A stretch of DNA of 64,000 nt from Patellaria atrata CBS 101060 (taxonomy: Eukaryota). The position numbers and the translations under genes are program-made. This document shows positions 61,795-64,000 of this stretch, in pieces. Every line of letters starts with the position of its first letter. Within the stretch, counting starts at the first letter, position 1. Where the stretch lies: positions 265,680 through 329,679 of the forward strand of contig MU006110.1 in NCBI GenBank assembly GCA_010093705.1. Direction: 5' to 3'. The notes beneath the pieces are model-generated. The model was not told the origin of the DNA. It saw only the letters and a list, made by a program, of their open reading frames with translations, and made no database searches.

Positions 61795-64000
61795 TGTCAG
61801 ATTTGTGATGCACAAATCGATGGGGGGATATCGCTTGATTGTTTAATGACTGTTCTAACGAGCGTTTAAATACATGAGAACATGCAGGCAACAGCGTTGA
61901 TACCTACTAGGCAGCTGTGTCAAAGGAATGGTGCTAATAGCTAGCGTAAGGCAGTAGGAAATATACTTGATTATCCGTTACTACTAACTTCTTCAGTCTG
62001 ACACACCCTTCCAGCTCGAGAGGCCTAGAGAGGGACTACTCGTGCTGTATAACCGTTTTGGGTCTTCTTTCTTGAATCGAGCTGTTCGACGTGATGCTGG
62101 ATATCCGTCATTCCTAACTGTAGGAGGAAGTGTTGATGCTTCTGTGGAGGTAACAATTTGGTGAATCCGTCAGCTGGCATCTCAGCTGTAGGCTTCCAGT
62201 TGACGGCAATGGTACCGTTTTGGACCTCTTGACGTAGCCAGTGTTGGTGAATATCTACGTGTCGAAGTTTAGTTGTGAGTTGAGGCGTATCAGCCTCAAG
62301 AAGCCGTATAGTTTGGCGATTGTCGCAGAAAATTGAGATCTGTTGTTCTGGATCGAAATCAATATGATCAAAAAGGCGTTTCCACGAGATCAGCTCTCTA
62401 GCTGTTAAAGAGAGCGATAGCAGTTCAGCTTCCGTGCTTGACGTGGTGACCGTATCTTGCTTTGAAGCTTTCCAATCAATTGGTCCACCAAATAACGAAA
62501 ATAGATAGCCCTGACTACTTTTGCGATCTATAGTATCATCAGCAAATGATGCATCTGAGGCAACTACGAAGATCGTGCTATCCTGTGGCTCGTTGCTATA
62601 CCCAATGGAGCAAAATCTAGTATGGTATAGGTAACAAATAGCTTGTTTTGCCGCTTTGATATGTCGTTCCGACGGATTGGTGAGGTATTTCGACAGTTCT
62701 GAAGCTGCTTTAGCTACGTCAGGTCTTGTTGTTGAGGCTGGCCAAATAATTGAGCCAACTAACTGCTGGTAAAGGCGAATTTGAGAAGGAGATGCCTGAG
62801 TTGTGGACCGTTCTAAAACACCAGATGGAAGCGGTGTTCGTGGAACTTTTCCGTCGAATTCGATCAGTTTGAATTTTGAGAAGATATTCTCAAGATAGGC
62901 ATCTTGACAGAGCCATAGCTTACGTGCGTCTAGGTCACGTACGATACGGATACCTAGGAAGTACTGAAGATCTCCAAGATCTTTCATCGGATACTGAGCC
63001 ATTAGTTTGGATTTGAACTCTTTTAGTTCTTCAGAATAGTATGCTGAGCAAAGTAAAACTATATCGTCCACATAGAAAAATACGGTTAGCCAGTCATTCG
63101 TATACAGGCAATTGACACCTGATACTTCAGATAGACCCAGATCTTCAAGGGACCTAGATAGTGTCTTCCACCAAAGTAGAGGAGATCTTTTAAGACCATA
63201 TAGGGCTCGTTTGAGGTGAAGAACGGATCCAGGGGTTGTAAATCCGTTAGGTGGGATGCAGTATACCTCTTCGTCAAGTGGGCTGTTTACAAAGGCGTTT
63301 ACAGCATCTAAATGGTGAGCTATTAGGCCAAAAGCAGCTGCAATCGATAGCATAGCTCGCATAGTACGTATAGCTAGAGTAGCAGCATAGGTATCCAGAT
63401 CTGTGTATTGCAAATCGCCTCTGACGCAAAGTCGCGCTTTGAACTTGGTTAGAAATCCCTCCTCGTCGTATTTGTATGTCCAAACCCAAGTCAGGGGAAC
63501 TATCTGAGTTCCTTCTAGCAGATCGGATCTCCGTTCAACAGTAAACGTGCCACGACGCTGTAGTTCAGTATACTCCCGAGTGGCTGCTGTTAGCCAATCT
63601 TGCTTAAAAGGGTGATTAAGAGCTTGCTTCCAACCACCTGGTGCTGGGGGAAGCTGACTTCTATGTAGCCGGTTCGTTGGTTGGATTTCACGTTTTTGGG
63701 AGGCTAAAAAGGAGGTAAATAGCGCGTTATGGTCCGTTCGGCCACGGCGACGTTTAGAAGTTAGTATATTTGATTCTGAAAAGTCAGACGAGATTAAATT
63801 AGCTCGTGGGGCCGTGTTTCGTGAACTTCTAGCATGAGCTGTGGTGTTTGACGAAGTGGAGGGGCTGGGCTCGTTTTGAGCCAAATCCTGAGTATCTTGA
63901 GTATCCCTTGCTAAATCTTGGGCAAGCTCCTGGGTGAGCTGATGGGACGGATCCTCAGGAGCCGAATCTAAGGCATCATAAAAGTCATGATACTGATCCA
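61795..64000 (-). mobile_element. 3' part of a Ty1/copia element (RT-RNase H ORF 62025-63884 and 3' LTR 61795-62003)
   Basis: YVDD, SDASFA and RHVDIHQHW in one open frame; same PPT (CACCCTTCCAGCTCGAG) as at 19807; LTR TGTCAGA...TCTGACA. Confidence 0.92.

Overview
This is eukaryotic DNA from a filamentous ascomycete: it has GT-AG introns with CTRAY branch sites and RIP-like C>T/G>A damage. The window is an accessory, transposon-dense region with two assembly gaps. Transposons include a Fot1/pogo DNA transposon, two Ty1/copia elements (one chimeric), a full-length chromodomain Ty3/gypsy element, three LINE 3' fragments and about ten solo LTRs. Genes are mostly of types known as Starship cargo or fungal non-self recognition genes: a WD40 NLR-type tail, an alpha/beta-hydrolase-NB-ARC-TPR NLR, Clr5-TPR, RING-patatin, several PD-(D/E)XK nuclease-like genes, kinases, an Ap4A phosphorylase-like gene and a CorA-like gene. 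The most notable structure is a stop-riddled DUF3435-type tyrosine recombinase (Starship captain-like, about 35.0-37.0 kb, minus strand). Its ~265-bp upstream segment ends in the 5' half of a tRNA-Glu-like gene. The same segment recurs at 24.8-25.1 kb, fused to a nearly complete degenerate tRNA-Glu, which suggests tRNA-targeting Starship-like elements whose termini carry part of the target. All calls were made by eye; no database searches were run.
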